This document shows, in pieces, positions 1-13,805 of a stretch of 64,000 nt of DNA (positions are counted from its first letter, which is position 1; every line of letters starts with the position of its first letter). Source of the stretch: Octopus vulgaris (Eukaryota); assembly GCA_951406725.2 (NCBI GenBank), contig OX597824.1, positions 71,114,001 through 71,178,000 of the forward strand, written 5' to 3'. The position numbers were made by a program, and so were the translations under genes. Under the pieces are notes generated by a model. It had not been told where the DNA came from. It did no database searches and was given only the letters and a program-made list of their open reading frames with translations.

Positions 1-860
1 AAAAAAATACTCTTCTCTTTTTAGTTACCTAACCGAAGTTCACTGAAGCAGTATCATGAAGCTAACGCGCGACTATCATCTCTGGACTACCTTTCGACAA
101 ACAGAAAGTGTATGGTTTTTCTGTTCTTTTTTGTTTTGTGGAGTTATTTTTATATAGCAACAATAATTAAAATTAAATCAACAGTAAGTTCCGATAACTA
201 CAGGGGGCAGCAAAAAGACAGAAAACTCCCATATTTTAATCTTAAAGGTTAACAAGCGTTTTAATAGCAAACGCATAGTGTGTACCAATTCAGACCATAA
301 GGATAACTAAACCAACGGTAAAACATTATCTACCGGGTGGCACTATTATAGTCTGTCTAACTTTACTAGCTACACATCAATAACTGTGCAAAATATGGGA
401 CATTTTTCAATCGCACACTTTACAATCAGATATTTGAAGAAAGGTTTATTATCCATTTATTCAAATGTAGGAATAGAAAACAGCCTTCCTAAGACATACA
501 AAATAGGAATCACAAGTTTGGAAATGAACAAAAGAAATTCGCGGAATCAAATCTCTGAAATTGGTTGCTCAAAGCCTCGATCTTAATCCACAAGAACACA
601 GATGAGAGCATCTTGATAGAAGATTATGGGCAAGATCATCGAAAATTATGTCAATCACAGTAGACGAAAGTCTTCGCCGAAGTAAAAACATGGCGAATCA
701 ATTAGTTGTTACCTAAACGAGAGACTACAAATACTAATTCTAAAATATCATTAATTTTAGATATTGTTTTCATTAAGTTATTACAAGTTTAATTAAAGTA
801 GCGTTTTATTAATCCGGTTACAAAGTTATTGTTAACCATAGTGTGTAAATATCTGCGTGT

Positions 861-1454
861 GTGAAAAAATTATATGGTTAATGGACAATATGTCCAATTT
901 TTCGGCATATTTGGCATTAGAAATTTTTTCGTTTGCCCTTATTTATGAATTGTTTATAAATTTAACCTTTAAAGGTATATTTTTATATGCTGGCCATTGA
1001 TAAAATTTTTTTAGAAATGAATTTTTTTCGAAAAAAATTTTATCCTACATTAGATATAAATTTAAGCGTTCACTTCCGGACTCTTTCACTCTGTGAGAGC
1101 ATCAGTTCAAATCGCACGTGTCTCGAATGGGCTGGAGTATTTCTATTTTGGATGTATTTGGGGTACTTAATTGTGCTCATGACTTAGTGTTTGCTTCTTC
1201 CATGGGTATGAGTAAGTATCTCATTTATTTCTTTTGCCACATGTACTACTGACGAAGGGAGGGCTGTTATAAGCTAACCCTGAAATCGGTCCGATATGGT
1301 AATAATGGAATTTTTTAGAAATTTCTGTCGACCTTTTTTCGAGTAGCGTGCGTATTGTGAAAAAATTATATGGTTAATGGACAATATGTCCAATTTTTCG
1401 GCATATTTGGCATTAGAAAATTATTCGTTTGCCCTTATCAATGAATTGTTTATA
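861..1454 (+). mobile_element. Penelope pseudo-LTR / retrozyme-like unit (~496 bp unit plus ~97 bp terminal direct repeat) carrying a hammerhead ribozyme
   Basis: Direct repeat GTGAAAAAATTATATGGTTAATGGACAATATG...GAATTGTTTATA at 861-958 and 1357-1454. A hammerhead lies between the copies and the element runs into a (TA)n tract. Confidence 0.7.
1244..1301 (+). ncRNA. Type I hammerhead ribozyme, canonical core
   Basis: Stem I TACTA(1244-48)/TGGTA(1297-1301); CTGACGA 1249-55; stem II AGGG/CCCT extended by GGCT/AGCT; GAAA 1282-85; near-palindromic stem III TCGG-T-CCGA; AUA cleavage triplet ending at 1296. Confidence 0.8.
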
Positions 1455-1565
1455 TATATACATATGTATATATATGTATATATATATGACGCATGTATGT
1501 TGTATACATGAATGTATGTTAGTAAGTATATATATATATACTTACTATATATATATATATGCATG

Positions 1566-1608
<43 letters not shown>

Positions 1609-1657
1609 ATATATATGTATGTATGTATATATATATGCATATATATATATATATATA

Positions 1658-1715
<58 letters not shown>

Positions 1716-1740
1716 CATGCATATATATATATATATATAA
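1450..1740. repeat. (TA)n/(TATG)n microsatellite
   Basis: Direct inspection; source of the poly-YI ORFs. Confidence 0.95.
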
Positions 1741-2616
1741 TTGAAAAAATATAGAGTCAACAAGGAGTACAGTTGGATATTTATTTTTCAATCACTACAA
1801 TTGTTTCCAAGCAACGTAGTTCTCCATGCGTGCAGGTACTTGATTATGCAACTATTTCCCTGCATTATGAGATCTAGTTGTGTTTCCTCAAGTGATATGT
1901 AAATATTGTCTCTGTACATTCTCGGCTTCAAGAACATCCTCTCTGCCTGTGTATGGTATAAGTGTGAACGACCATGTATATGTACGTATTGGCCGATTCT
2001 TAAAGGTCAGCTTAGGACATTCGCATGTGTAACCAGCTATGAAGAATAAATCAACAGTACAAAGAAATCAAAAGTCAATCCCTTTAAAACAGCAACAACT
2101 TTAACAGTAGCAGAATCACCATATCACTACATCTACACGTTCAAAGCAGTTTACCAACGGCCCTTCAGCAACAACACACCTTGAAAAGTTCAGTGACTAC
2201 TACTAAATTCAGGCCAGGACAGACAGAACGGATGTTCTTGAAGCCGAGAATGTGAACTTACAGAGACAATATTTACATATCGCCTGAGGAAACACAACTA
2301 GATCTCATAATGTAGGGAAACAGTTGCATTATCAAATACCTGCATGCCTATATATATGGTCGTTCACACTTATACCCATATACGTACTAACGCTCGGCCA
2401 CGACAGGCAGAGGGGATGTTCTTAAAGCTGAGAATGTACGGAAACAATATTTACATATCACCTGAGGTAACACAACTAGATCTCATAATGCAGGGAAACA
2501 GTTGCATTATCAAGTACCTGCATGCCTGGAGAACTATGTTGCGTGGAAACAATTGTAGCGACTAAAAAATAAATGTCCGACCGTACTCCTTGTTGACTCC
2601 AAATTTTTTCAATTAT
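1737..2616. mobile_element. Fold-back element with ~215 bp imperfect inverted arms and an extra internal arm copy
   Basis: 1737-1950 is the reverse complement of about 2402-2616; a partial third copy lies at about 2218-2348. Confidence 0.8.
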
Positions 2617-2930
2617 ATATCCACACGCGACAGATGCCCAAACGCAAACCTGGAAATATGTATAATACTACGACTGGGTAGCACAGGGTGAAATCTGAAG
2701 GTGGACGAGCTTTATATTGTACTCTATAACGTTCTTAACAGAATATACCATAACTATGAATATGCCATAACTATAAATATATATAGTGTGTGTCCGTCTG
2801 CGTATCCGTGTGTGTGTGTGTGTGTGTGATGTATCTGTATATGTACGGAATAGTGTGCGTGTGTGTATGTGAATGTGTGTGTGCTATGTTTATTTTATTT
2901 TATTTTTTCATTTACTTTTTTTTTTTACAG

Positions 2931-2983
2931 TGCATATTAAGCATGTCTGTGTTTATTCTCATCCCAGCAGATGCTGGATGCAG
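2931..2983 (+). CDS. Candidate small internal exon (53 nt), function unknown
   Basis: Strong acceptor TTACTTTTTTTTTTTACAG and donor CAG|GTTTGT. Open as CILSMSVFILIPADAGC (frame 0) or HIKHVCVYSHPSRCWMQ (phase 1). No partner exon established. Confidence 0.3.
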
Positions 2984-3943
2984 GTTTGTATATAATTAGT
3001 TCGTCCCTTTCTTTCTCCCTCCCTCCCTCTCCATGCGTACACACAGACACACGCACACAAACACACGACAAACATATACATATATGCACGTGTGTGTATT
3101 AATATAAAATAACATATATATATATATAGATAGATAGTTAGATATTAAGACAAGTTGTCCGATGAAGACGGTGGCTGTCTACGTCGGCAAAAACATAATG
3201 AGTTAAGTTCTCGGGTTTTATATAATTAACTACAACTGTTTATCTTATCTGCTATCTATTTAGACCGTTAGCCCGACGCCGTTTTCTGCTATCCCACTGG
3301 ATTTTATTCTATGAATAAAGGCTATTTGTAAGAGGCCGCAGGCAATATAAACGTATTTCCAATGCTAAACATCATACTTCAAGTTTAATAAAATGTAACA
3401 CAGATCATGTTGTATATATTCGTGATTAAATAAAAGAATCTAAAGTCTCTAAGAACTAAGTTGAAAATAAATATAACATTAAAATTAGGTCATAAGACGA
3501 CGGCCGATGGTAAAGTATAAGCGGAAGATTGTGTGTTGATTTATGGATAAGCTAGACGAGTGTTATTAACTCTCTCCCCAAAGAATAATTACACGTTATA
3601 GAGAACTAACATTTATTTTTTTAAATGTATAAATAATCTTTTCCTACAGCTTTTTTCATAGATGCTAGTCTGTTACTGTCTCGAGCCGAACGAAGCCATG
3701 TGAATTGAATGTGGTTGACGGAAATTGTACGAAAGCCTACCAAATGCATAAATGCATATGTCTATATGTGTGCATGTGCTACATACACGTGTGTATATGC
3801 ATACACACACACACACACTCATATATATATATATAATTTTAAATTTAAAATAAGGGTGAGAAATTAGATATTAATTTAATTAACATCGATTTCACACCAG
3901 TGGTCCAGCATAAAAAAACTGAAGGTTCAGTAAAACTGATCCC

Positions 3944-3993
<50 letters not shown>

Positions 3994-4282
3994 CTCCCTT
4001 GTTGGCCAAGTGCCACGTAACAGAGGGGGTTTCACATACTAGTGTAGCACAATCAACGGTGGTGCCCCAGCATGACTGCAGCTTTGGGGCAGAAACATTT
4101 TTAAGGATTTAAGGATATATATACATATATATATTTATATACATACACATTACTATCCAAAAGTTGAAGATCGCCTAAACTTATATAGAAAAAACATCTA
4201 CAAAATGGAGATAGCTGAGAGATTCTGGTGAAATGTTTTATTGGATGACAATTCAGCAACTAAACAAAACTGAAAAAAGGCT

Positions 4283-5540
4283 CTAAATCTTAAACTCATC
4301 GAAATATCTACCCTTGCCCTTATCCTTGATCACTGTGGAGTATACTCTGGACATTCTTTTGACCAATGAAAGCAAATATTCGCTGGTAATATTTTGCCAC
4401 TCCTCTTGTAAAGGATGTCCAGGAGGTTTCTGCACTACTTGGTTGTCGCTTTTTGACTCTGCGATCCAATTCATCCCACACCATTTCGATGGGATTGCAA
4501 TCGGGGGATTGGGCTGACTATTCCATTACAGTCAACTTTTTCATCCATTTTCTTCTGTAAATAGTTTATGCATGGCTTAGAAGAATGTTTAGGATCGTTA
4601 TCTCGCATCAGCCTCGTCCCAGATGGAATGGCATGATGCTGGTGGATAGTGTGATACCCGTTTTGGTTCAATATTCCTCTTACCCAATGAACATCCCCAA
4701 CACTATAGCCTGCAAAACACCCCCAAATCATCACACTTTACCCACCATGCCTTACAGTTGAACTATATACCCGGGAGTCACCCGTTCACCAATTCTTCGC
4801 TTCACATAAACTCTACACTGGAAACCGAAGATTTCAAACTTTGATTCATCAGTCCAGAGGACTCGTTTCCATTGATCAACGGTCCAGATTTCATGTTTTC
4901 TGGTCCATATGAGTTGCTTACATTTATTCACAGGTTGAAACAGTAGTCTTCTGGAAGCACAACGGCCATTTAGACCGGCAGCAAAGAGTCTTCTCTTCAC
5001 GGTTGTAGGAGACACGTTAGCTTCGCCGGCTTCACTTATTTGTGCAGCGATTTCATTTGCTGTCAGGCGCCTGTTCCGAAGACTGGTGACTCTGATAAAC
5101 TTATCCTGTGATTAAGAAGTCACTTTTGGATGACCTGATCAAGCCCTGTCGTTATTTTCTCATGCGGATGGCAATATAAGAAAACTAACTTTTTTAGTCT
5201 TTTGGATTTCGTTTGCAAGATTCTTTATGTGGGTTCGTGTGTTGAAACATATTCTGTTGTGTCTGGGGAGAGTCATTTTCTTTTTGCGCACAAACAAACA
5301 AACAAAAAGGAACGCAGTGTAAATAACGGACAGAGTCAAGACTATTGAAAAGGTTGCAAGACGCAACGAAAATTTTAGGAAAATAAAAATAAGAAATAAG
5401 TGGAAATTTTACCGGTGAGTGTGTTAAATTATAAGGCACAAAAAGAAAATGACTCTCCTCAGACACAACAGAATAACTTTTTTGGCTATATCTCGATAAC
5501 TACATCATCCACTACATAATGTGGTAGCGCTTTGTCTCTT
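4283..5540 (-). pseudogene. Tc1 transposase pseudogene
   Basis: Motifs across frames: SYRDIAKK (HTH), TVKRRLFAAGL, WKRVLWTDESKFEIFG, MIWGCF, RDNDPKHSSK, SPDCNPIEMVWDEL, LQEEWQNI. Contains stops, frameshifts and a nested MITE. Confidence 0.9.
5250..5475. mobile_element. MITE with ~40 bp TIRs nested in the Tc1 transposase
   Basis: TATTCTGTTGTGTCTGGGGAGAGTCATTTTCTTTTTG pairs with CAAAAAGAAAATGACTCTCCTCAGACACAACAGAATA. A related partial copy lies at about 6485-6581. Confidence 0.75.
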
Positions 5541-6049
5541 TTTATCTATATTTAGGTTATCTATATTTAGGTATCTATATTTTACTAGTTTTATCTATAT
5601 TTAGGTTGATTTTTAGGAATTTCACTAATTTTACTTATTTCTAATAATTGAACCTGAAAGAAACAATAACACATTTAACACAGTCATTAAGTAATGTTAT
5701 CTCAACGGACAGCACATAAGAATTGTAAATAATCAAAATGTATGGCAATGTGACCAAAAAGTGGACGCTGAAATGTTTTTGACAACATTCCCAAACAGGC
5801 TTGCGGTCAAGGAATATGATTGTTTGCGTATAAAATATGTATAAATAGTGTTATTCCATATCGAATAAACCCCAAACTTTATGCAATATGTTATTCCATA
5901 TTCTTATACCAAAAAAATTATCTGAATCGATAACATTGAACTAAAAATTCCTCTTTGAAACAAACTTTTGTAGGTGATCTTAAACTTTTGGATCGTAGTG
6001 TGTGTTTATGTGTGTACATACTAGCAGAGATACCCGATTAAAGTACCTT

Positions 6050-6257
6050 AGTTTGTTTTATTGTTTTACTGGTTTCAGTCATGTGACTATGGCCAAGGTG
6101 GAGCACCGCCTTTGTTCGAAAAACTCGATCACAGAATATATTCTTTCTAAGCCTAGTACTTATTCTATCAGTGCCTTTTGCCGAACCGCTAAGTTATGGG
6201 AACGTAAACAAAACAACATCGGTTGTCAAGCAATGGTTGGGTACAAACACAGATACA

Positions 6258-6307
<50 letters not shown>

Positions 6308-6308
6308 A

Positions 6309-6343
<35 letters not shown>

Positions 6344-6420
6344 TATATATACGACAATCTTCTTTCAGTTTCCGTGTACGAAATCCACTCCCAAGGCTTT
6401 GGTCGGTCTGAGGCTATAAT
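6050..6420 (-). mobile_element. SINE family A copy, 5'-truncated
   Basis: Matches the full copies at 42556-42965 and 62434-62865. Confidence 0.85.
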
Positions 6421-7109
6421 ATATATAATATGTATGTATGTATGTATGTATACGTATATGTACATAAACACACACGTGGTGCATATTCTGTTATGTCTGG
6501 GGAGAATAATCTCTTTTAGTGACATATTATTTAATACACCGGTAGAAGGAAATGAGTGGAAATTTTACCGGTGAGTGTGTTTCTGTTAACATGGAAAATT
6601 CAATAAACAGTAACCAGGGTAGCAAAATTCACGCAAGTAACAAGGATGTAGCGACCTATACAAAGGTAGAAACTCCGGGTTAATGTGCGGTAATTTGTGT
6701 AGTATAAGTAAATAAATGGAGTTGAACGCAGATGTTATTCAAATTCTTTTACTTTCGACATATGTTTCGAAGACAACATTGGTTTTATTCCAAAGGAACA
6801 CACAGTGTAAAATGCAATCTTCTCATCAGGAAAGAAAGAGAACCTATCTCAACAACAAGACATTACAACAATTTTGGTGACTGCATAAATGATAAACAGA
6901 ACGCTATTAAGTATTTTTTTTTAAACCGTTAGTAGATTCGACGTCAAATGCAGACACTAGGAAGAGAAGGGGTAAAGAAATAATAAGTAGAGAACAAATA
7001 ATGAGTGATATATTGGTTGAAAAAAATGTTCAAAGGCTTGGAAGTAGATTTCTCTATTGAAGTAAAGTGCAAGTTGAACTAAATGTTCAAACTATAAAGA
7101 CTGGTAAAA

Positions 7110-7499
7110 TCACTTATATGAGCTAAAGGTATGTTTCTGCCAGTGCTTACATTTGTAAGATCGCTCTATAAGTGTGTTAACAAGGTGATTCTTAGAGAAG
7201 AGAATATGGAAGAGTTCAGAGTTGCAAATGTTACAAAATCCTTTGCCCTTATCATAAGGGAAAGATATGGACAGGATGAACCAATCTAACTTAAAATCCT
7301 TATTGTTGTCTTTAAGATAGCAAACCAATTTACTTAGCCTTGTGCTATGACGTTTACTGCTATGCCTAAATGAAGAATAATGATTGGAAATTCTCTTAGA
7401 TAACTGGGAAGAGGATGCGCCAATGTAGAAGTAGACATCGGTACCACAAGAAGTTTTACATTGGTATATAGAATTCTTGATCTTAGAATTATTAGACAT
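7110..7499 (-). mobile_element. Penelope-like element (Neptune-type) C-terminal GIY-YIG endonuclease fragment
   Basis: IYQC...FYIG...RISNHYSSFRH...STRLSK...LKDNN...W.I....PY...CNIC..E...N...E...CKH, the GIY-YIG layout of PLEs. The RT domain is absent (5'-truncated). Confidence 0.85.
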
Positions 7500-7551
7500 A
7501 AATTTAATTCTGTTGGGGTTGTCCTCAAAACCAAAACCTTGTTTTTATTGC

Positions 7552-7617
<66 letters not shown>

Positions 7618-7726
7618 CATTATGTGAGGGGCTGGAATTAATGAAAGTAATGTTGGAACTCCCAGAAAATGTCATTTTCTGGGAGTTCCAACATTACTTT
7701 TATTAATTCCAGCCCCTCACATAATG

Positions 7727-7786
<60 letters not shown>

Positions 7787-7867
7787 GCAATAAAAACAAA
7801 GTTTTGGTCTTTGAGGACAACCCCAACAGAATTAAATTTGTCTAATAATTCTAAGATCAAGAATTCT

Positions 7868-7870
<3 letters not shown>
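7465..7870. repeat. Near-perfect ~400 bp palindrome at the 5' truncation point of the Penelope fragment
   Basis: Centre CCCAGAAAATG-T-CATTTTCTGGG at 7672; arms include (ATT)n/(AAT)n. Confidence 0.92.
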
Positions 7871-8955
<1,085 letters not shown>

Positions 8956-9180
8956 CTTGTGTGTGTGTTTATGTATCTGAAATATAAACATTACCAGCAC
9001 TACATACTTAATGTAGGGTGTTGTTTAAAAGCCAGAATCTACATTTCATCCGTGAACGATCTCTTTAAAGACATAAGTTACAAACACAGTATACTTCAAA
9101 ACTAAGTAAAGTATAGTGTGTTTTTAACACGATACGCCTTTATAAGAAACTTTCCTGGACGAAAGGATTCCAGGGTTTAA

Positions 9181-9402
9181 TCCTTTAGCATTCAAACCGG
9201 CCATATCTGGCCAAAATATTTAACCTGTTTTATATTGAAACTGACCAGATCTCGCCTCTCACCTAAGCCCTACCATGTCATTCTAAAACTAAATAAAATC
9301 ACATCACTGAAATCTCTAAACTACAAGATAATGCATGATTAATTCAAACAATTTTAAATAAACAAACATCACATTTGACAGAATAATCTGAACACTAACG
9401 GG
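9181..9402. mobile_element. piggyBac-type MITE
   Basis: TTAA on both sides (9177-80, 9403-06); degenerate TIRs TCCTTTAGCATTCA / TGAACACTAACGGG. Confidence 0.65.
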
Positions 9403-9454
9403 TTAAACAACACACGTAAGTTATGTAATATGATATTAGTAATATTTACATATA

Positions 9455-9490
<36 letters not shown>

Positions 9491-9694
9491 TGTATGTATG
9501 TATGTATGTATGTATGTATGTCCATTCACTGATTGGTTTTTATAGTGAATATTTAGTTCACTGTTTCTTGCGAATTTAATACAAATGGGTACACGTTATT
9601 GACAAGACACAAGAAAGGCGAAAAGTGTTTACTTTCCCCAGAATCACCGCTGCGACGTTGCTTGATTCACTTCGATATATATTGTTTTTAACAG

Positions 9695-9852
9695 AACATG
9701 TCTATGAAAAGATTTTTCTTCCAGACAATAAATACAACAACCAAAACAACATGCCTTTCTACGGGGTGCATGAAATGACGCTACTCCGCTGGCTAGGAGA
9801 TTATTATATTGCAGTAAATCCAAGTGGAACCGATTTGCATCTATATACATAA
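9695..9852 (+). CDS. Candidate terminal coding exon of an unidentified gene
   Basis: Acceptor TTGTTTTTAACAG, then open frame (E)HVYEKIFLPDNKYNNQNNMPFYGVHEMTLLRWLGDYYIAVNPSGTDLHLYT*. Unique sequence; family not recognised. Confidence 0.3.
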
Positions 9853-10149
9853 TCAGCTAAAACGATATTTAAGAGCAGAGTATATTTAACAGAAAAGCAT
9901 AAATTTCACATGTAGTCCATACTTTAGTTTTGCTCGACAGCTGTTTCATTAAGAAATATATACTTACATAGTTGGAAAACATAATTCAATTGAATTATTT
10001 TAAGTTAATTTAAAAACTATGTTTACCCAAATCATCAGTAATGTTTGTAATGTTAATAATAACAAAAATACTGAACGAAGGAGGTTGGTTTAGATTCTTG
10101 TTTAGTGACAAAACATCCGTTAAGTAATTTGCATCTAAATCTCCGGTTA

Positions 10150-12125
10150 CTCACTGTCCACCAAACTACAAATAGAATCCCAGATATAGGCTTGCAAGAC
10201 TCAGGCAATGTCCATCCGCTATGATATGGGGTAAGGCAATTCTGCAAGTGCAAGAGATAGTATTTGGATAACACCTCAAGATACAGCCATACACACTAAA
10301 AATTTCCAATAACATTCTGAAGAAATTATTTTCCCATATGATCATACATAATTGCATTGTATTGCAACATGGTGACAATACTCCGGCTTGCTTTGCATCT
10401 AATCCTCTTTACACTATTGGTAAATAGTCGAGTTCTGACCTGGAAGTTAAAGTAAAGGCATAAGAGTATATATAAAGTATCTTGTAGCTTATAATGCTTT
10501 ATCAATTTCTGGTTGAGAAAAGAATATACTTCAAGTTTACATACAGGAGATAACACCAGATAATAGCGAAATTTGATCGGAACCATGTCTGACCCTGTTG
10601 CTGTTGTATAAACGGTAAATTGATATCATACCAAGTATTGAGCAGTATAACATTTAATATCTTTATATTTGTAAAACTGTATACAGGTTTATCTGCTTGT
10701 TTTATCAGAAAATACGTTCTTTGTTTTTCATTTACATTATCAGTTACAGCATAAAACCTTATTTTCCACTGTGTTCAGATTTCTGTACAGGATTGCACAC
10801 ACACACACACACATACATTTAATGCATACACACATACATACATACATACATACATACATACATACATACATACATACATACATACATACATACATACATA
10901 CATACATACATACAAGTGCAGGAGACAGCTGCAAAATATCTCATGAACAAACGAGACTGTGAAGATATTAAATACCAAGATACCAGTACAAGTGTCGATT
11001 ATACCACACTTCACTGGAGGACATAACACATAATCAACAGCTGCCCAAAAATGTTATCGAGATACACCGAGGCATGGTGTCGTTACTAATACAAAATACA
11101 ATACGATCCGTAGAAAAAGCTGCCCCGGGATAAATATAAACAACCCTGATATGATATGGAATGCATGTATACGTATCATCAGCACAAGGAATATTGGTGG
11201 AACATACCCATCGAAAGTTCTACCGAGTATAAACATAATGGGCCTGACACATCTACCGTAAATCCTCGAGTGTAATCCGCATTTTTCCCCAAAATTTAAA
11301 GGTCAAAATCCCTAGTGCGTACTATATACGAGGTTAAAAATGAAAATTATTTTCTAAGCAATGGCCGAGTCTCTATTCGCTGCCCGGCAATGTTTATTCA
11401 GACGCATTTTGCGGTGTCGGGCGCGAAAATACCTTAAGCTAAGCCTGAAAGCAATGAAGTCATAAAAGAATCATCCATAACATGCAATAAGCAACATGTA
11501 TTAAACGTTATTACTGTTACTTCTTTATTTTCTGCAAACAAAATTCACAAAAAAAAGCCACACATTTGCATTATGTTATATATACAATAATAATACAGGA
11601 CGTTACAGTATACATTTTTACAAACCAAGGACGTTATATAGAGCTCCTTGACTCAAGTTAGAGAAGGGATGCGTATTATACACAAGGTTTAGGTTTTTCA
11701 GAGTTACAGCCTCCTAAAAATCCCCTGCGTATTATACTCAAGGGCGGACTATACTCGAAGATTTACGATATGTTTGACAGAAGCGAAAAGCCATGTACTT
11801 TCATCTGCCCCGCAAATGTGAACATCTTTCAAAATCAGTGAGATAGGGGAATAACTGTGGGTAACTGCTTCAAACCCTGCAACTCCTTTGCTCTGATTAT
11901 AAATTTACATTCATACCAATAATCACTGGTGCACTCAGTGGTGTTAGTAAGTGTCTAAGTCATAATCTGGAGAAGCTAGGATTTTCAAGCAAAGAGACGT
12001 GATAAACAAGAATTTTACGCCATGTCTTTCATAAAGTGCGATCTGTAACAATAACCGTTGATGTTATCTGAACATCTATGACGAAGCTTTTTTCTTAAAA
12101 CCCTGCTCCCTCTCAGTAACACTAC
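10150..12125 (-). pseudogene. Possible decayed Cys-rich extracellular gene (C-type lectin then EGF-like remnants)
   Basis: Fragments in shifting frames: RCSDNINGYCY, KTW, DYWYECK, STWLFAS, CSTNIPCADDTYTC, FYGSYC, NCLTPYHSGWTLPESC. Splice-like acceptors near 12127 and 10440. Interrupted by a MITE and a microsatellite. Confidence 0.25.
11256..11768. mobile_element. pogo/Tc2-like MITE with TA target duplication
   Basis: TA|CCGTAAATCCTCGAGT ... ACTCGAAGATTTACGA|TA; subterminal TGCGTA(C/T)TATA repeats. Confidence 0.8.
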
Positions 12126-12419
12126 TAATAAATATAAAGAAGAAAAACATGCATGCATACTTACATGTACGCATATATACATACACAGAGTTACAATCTA
12201 AGTAAGGTAGGGTTTTAAGAAAACGAAATCAACCAGCTAACATGCACATTACAAATACAAAAAGTAAGTGGATCAGTAAAGATATGCAAGTCTTTCCTCA
12301 AGTTCAAAATGCAAATTTGTTTTTGTTATCTATATTCTAACGATGGAGCTTTATATCTTTTATTAGAAACCAGATTTCAAATTATTAAAAACAGAAGAGA
12401 ATAGGTATAGAATAGGTAT

Positions 12420-12650
12420 CAAAGGCGGTGGGCTGGCAGAAGCGTTAGCACGCCGGGCGAAATGCGTAGCCGTATTTCGTCTATCGCTATGTTCTGAGTT
12501 CAAATTCCGCCGAGGTCGACTTTGCCTTTCATCCTTTCGGGGTCGATTAAATAAGTACCAGTTACGCACTGGGGTCGATATAATCGACTTAATCCGTTTG
12601 TCTGTCCTTGTTTGTCCTCTCTGTGTTTAGCCCCTTGTGGGTAGTAAAGA
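12420..12650 (+). mobile_element. SINE family B, full length, flanked by a 20-bp direct repeat
   Basis: A box TGGCAGAAGCG, B box GAGTTCAAATTCC, central GTCGACTTTGCCTTTCATCCTTTCGGGGTCGAT. AATAGGTATAGAATAGGTAT at 12400-19 and 12651-70. Confidence 0.9.
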
Positions 12651-12733
12651 AATAGGTATAGAATAGGTATACATACATAATACATACATGCATGGATGCA
12701 TGCATGCATACATACATACATACATACATACAT

Positions 12734-12764
<31 letters not shown>

Positions 12765-12780
12765 TACATACACACACACA

Positions 12781-12812
<32 letters not shown>

Positions 12813-13087
12813 CACATATATACATGCATGCATGCAAACATAATGTGTGTGTATGTATCAACTTGACCTGACATAGATCAACACAAATTTCTCCGTTACA
12901 CCCGTTTGTTCCCTCCCTTCGCTTAATCGGTTGACTTTATGAAGAAGAGCTTAAGCTCGAAATGCCAAAAACACTTCTGATTTTTACTTCTTAATCAGCG
13001 TCAACTAATCGTTACAACTTGTTTATACTTTTCTTTCCATGATATTTTTGTCGTTAATTTTGAACCTACAACATAGGCACATACAAT

Positions 13088-13126
<39 letters not shown>

Positions 13127-13670
13127 CACACATACATAAATATACACACAGATATATTTATGTGGGTATAGTTATATGTACGTATATATGTGCATGTATA
13201 TGTGTGTGTTTGAACGTATGCCCGTATGCTTGTATATGTGCAGATACGTATATGTGTGTGCATATATACATGCATATACGTATGAGTGTGTGTATGTGTG
13301 TGTTTCTTTATAGATAACAGTGTAGAGGTGGAAAACGTAAGTGACGGATCAAATCCATTTCGGTACTCAGTTACGCCCCTTTAGGTTTGAAGTTGAAAAG
13401 CCACCGATGTATAACATGGCTCTAATCCATTTTGGCGCCAACAAAAAATTCATAGCAGTCAAGAAGTGAGATTGATTAAATCATTTACACCCATTTCCCC
13501 TCAAAATAAATGGCCTTGAACCGAAAATCCAAATCATAACCATTAAGCTTATATGTTTCTAGCCTGCATAAGATATATCATAACAAGCGCGCATGCGCAT
13601 TTATACATACATGCATACACACACATATACTTATACACACACACATACATATATAGAGAGTGGAAGAAGT

Positions 13671-13749
<79 letters not shown>

Positions 13750-13766
13750 TGTACATTCGTATGGGT

Positions 13767-13805
<39 letters not shown>

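Larger units (their letters stand above)
4148..6000 (-). mobile_element. Decayed full-length Tc1 (DD34E-type) DNA transposon
   Basis: 30-bp TIRs CATTACTATCCAAAAGTTGAAGATCGCCTA and (revcomp) CACTACGATCCAAAAGTTTAAGATCACCTA, 26/30 match. Frameshifted transposase inside. Confidence 0.9.

Noticed and set aside
3155-3190. CCGATGAAGAC...GTC resembling a hammerhead
   Set aside because: The first core is mutated and GAAA is missing.
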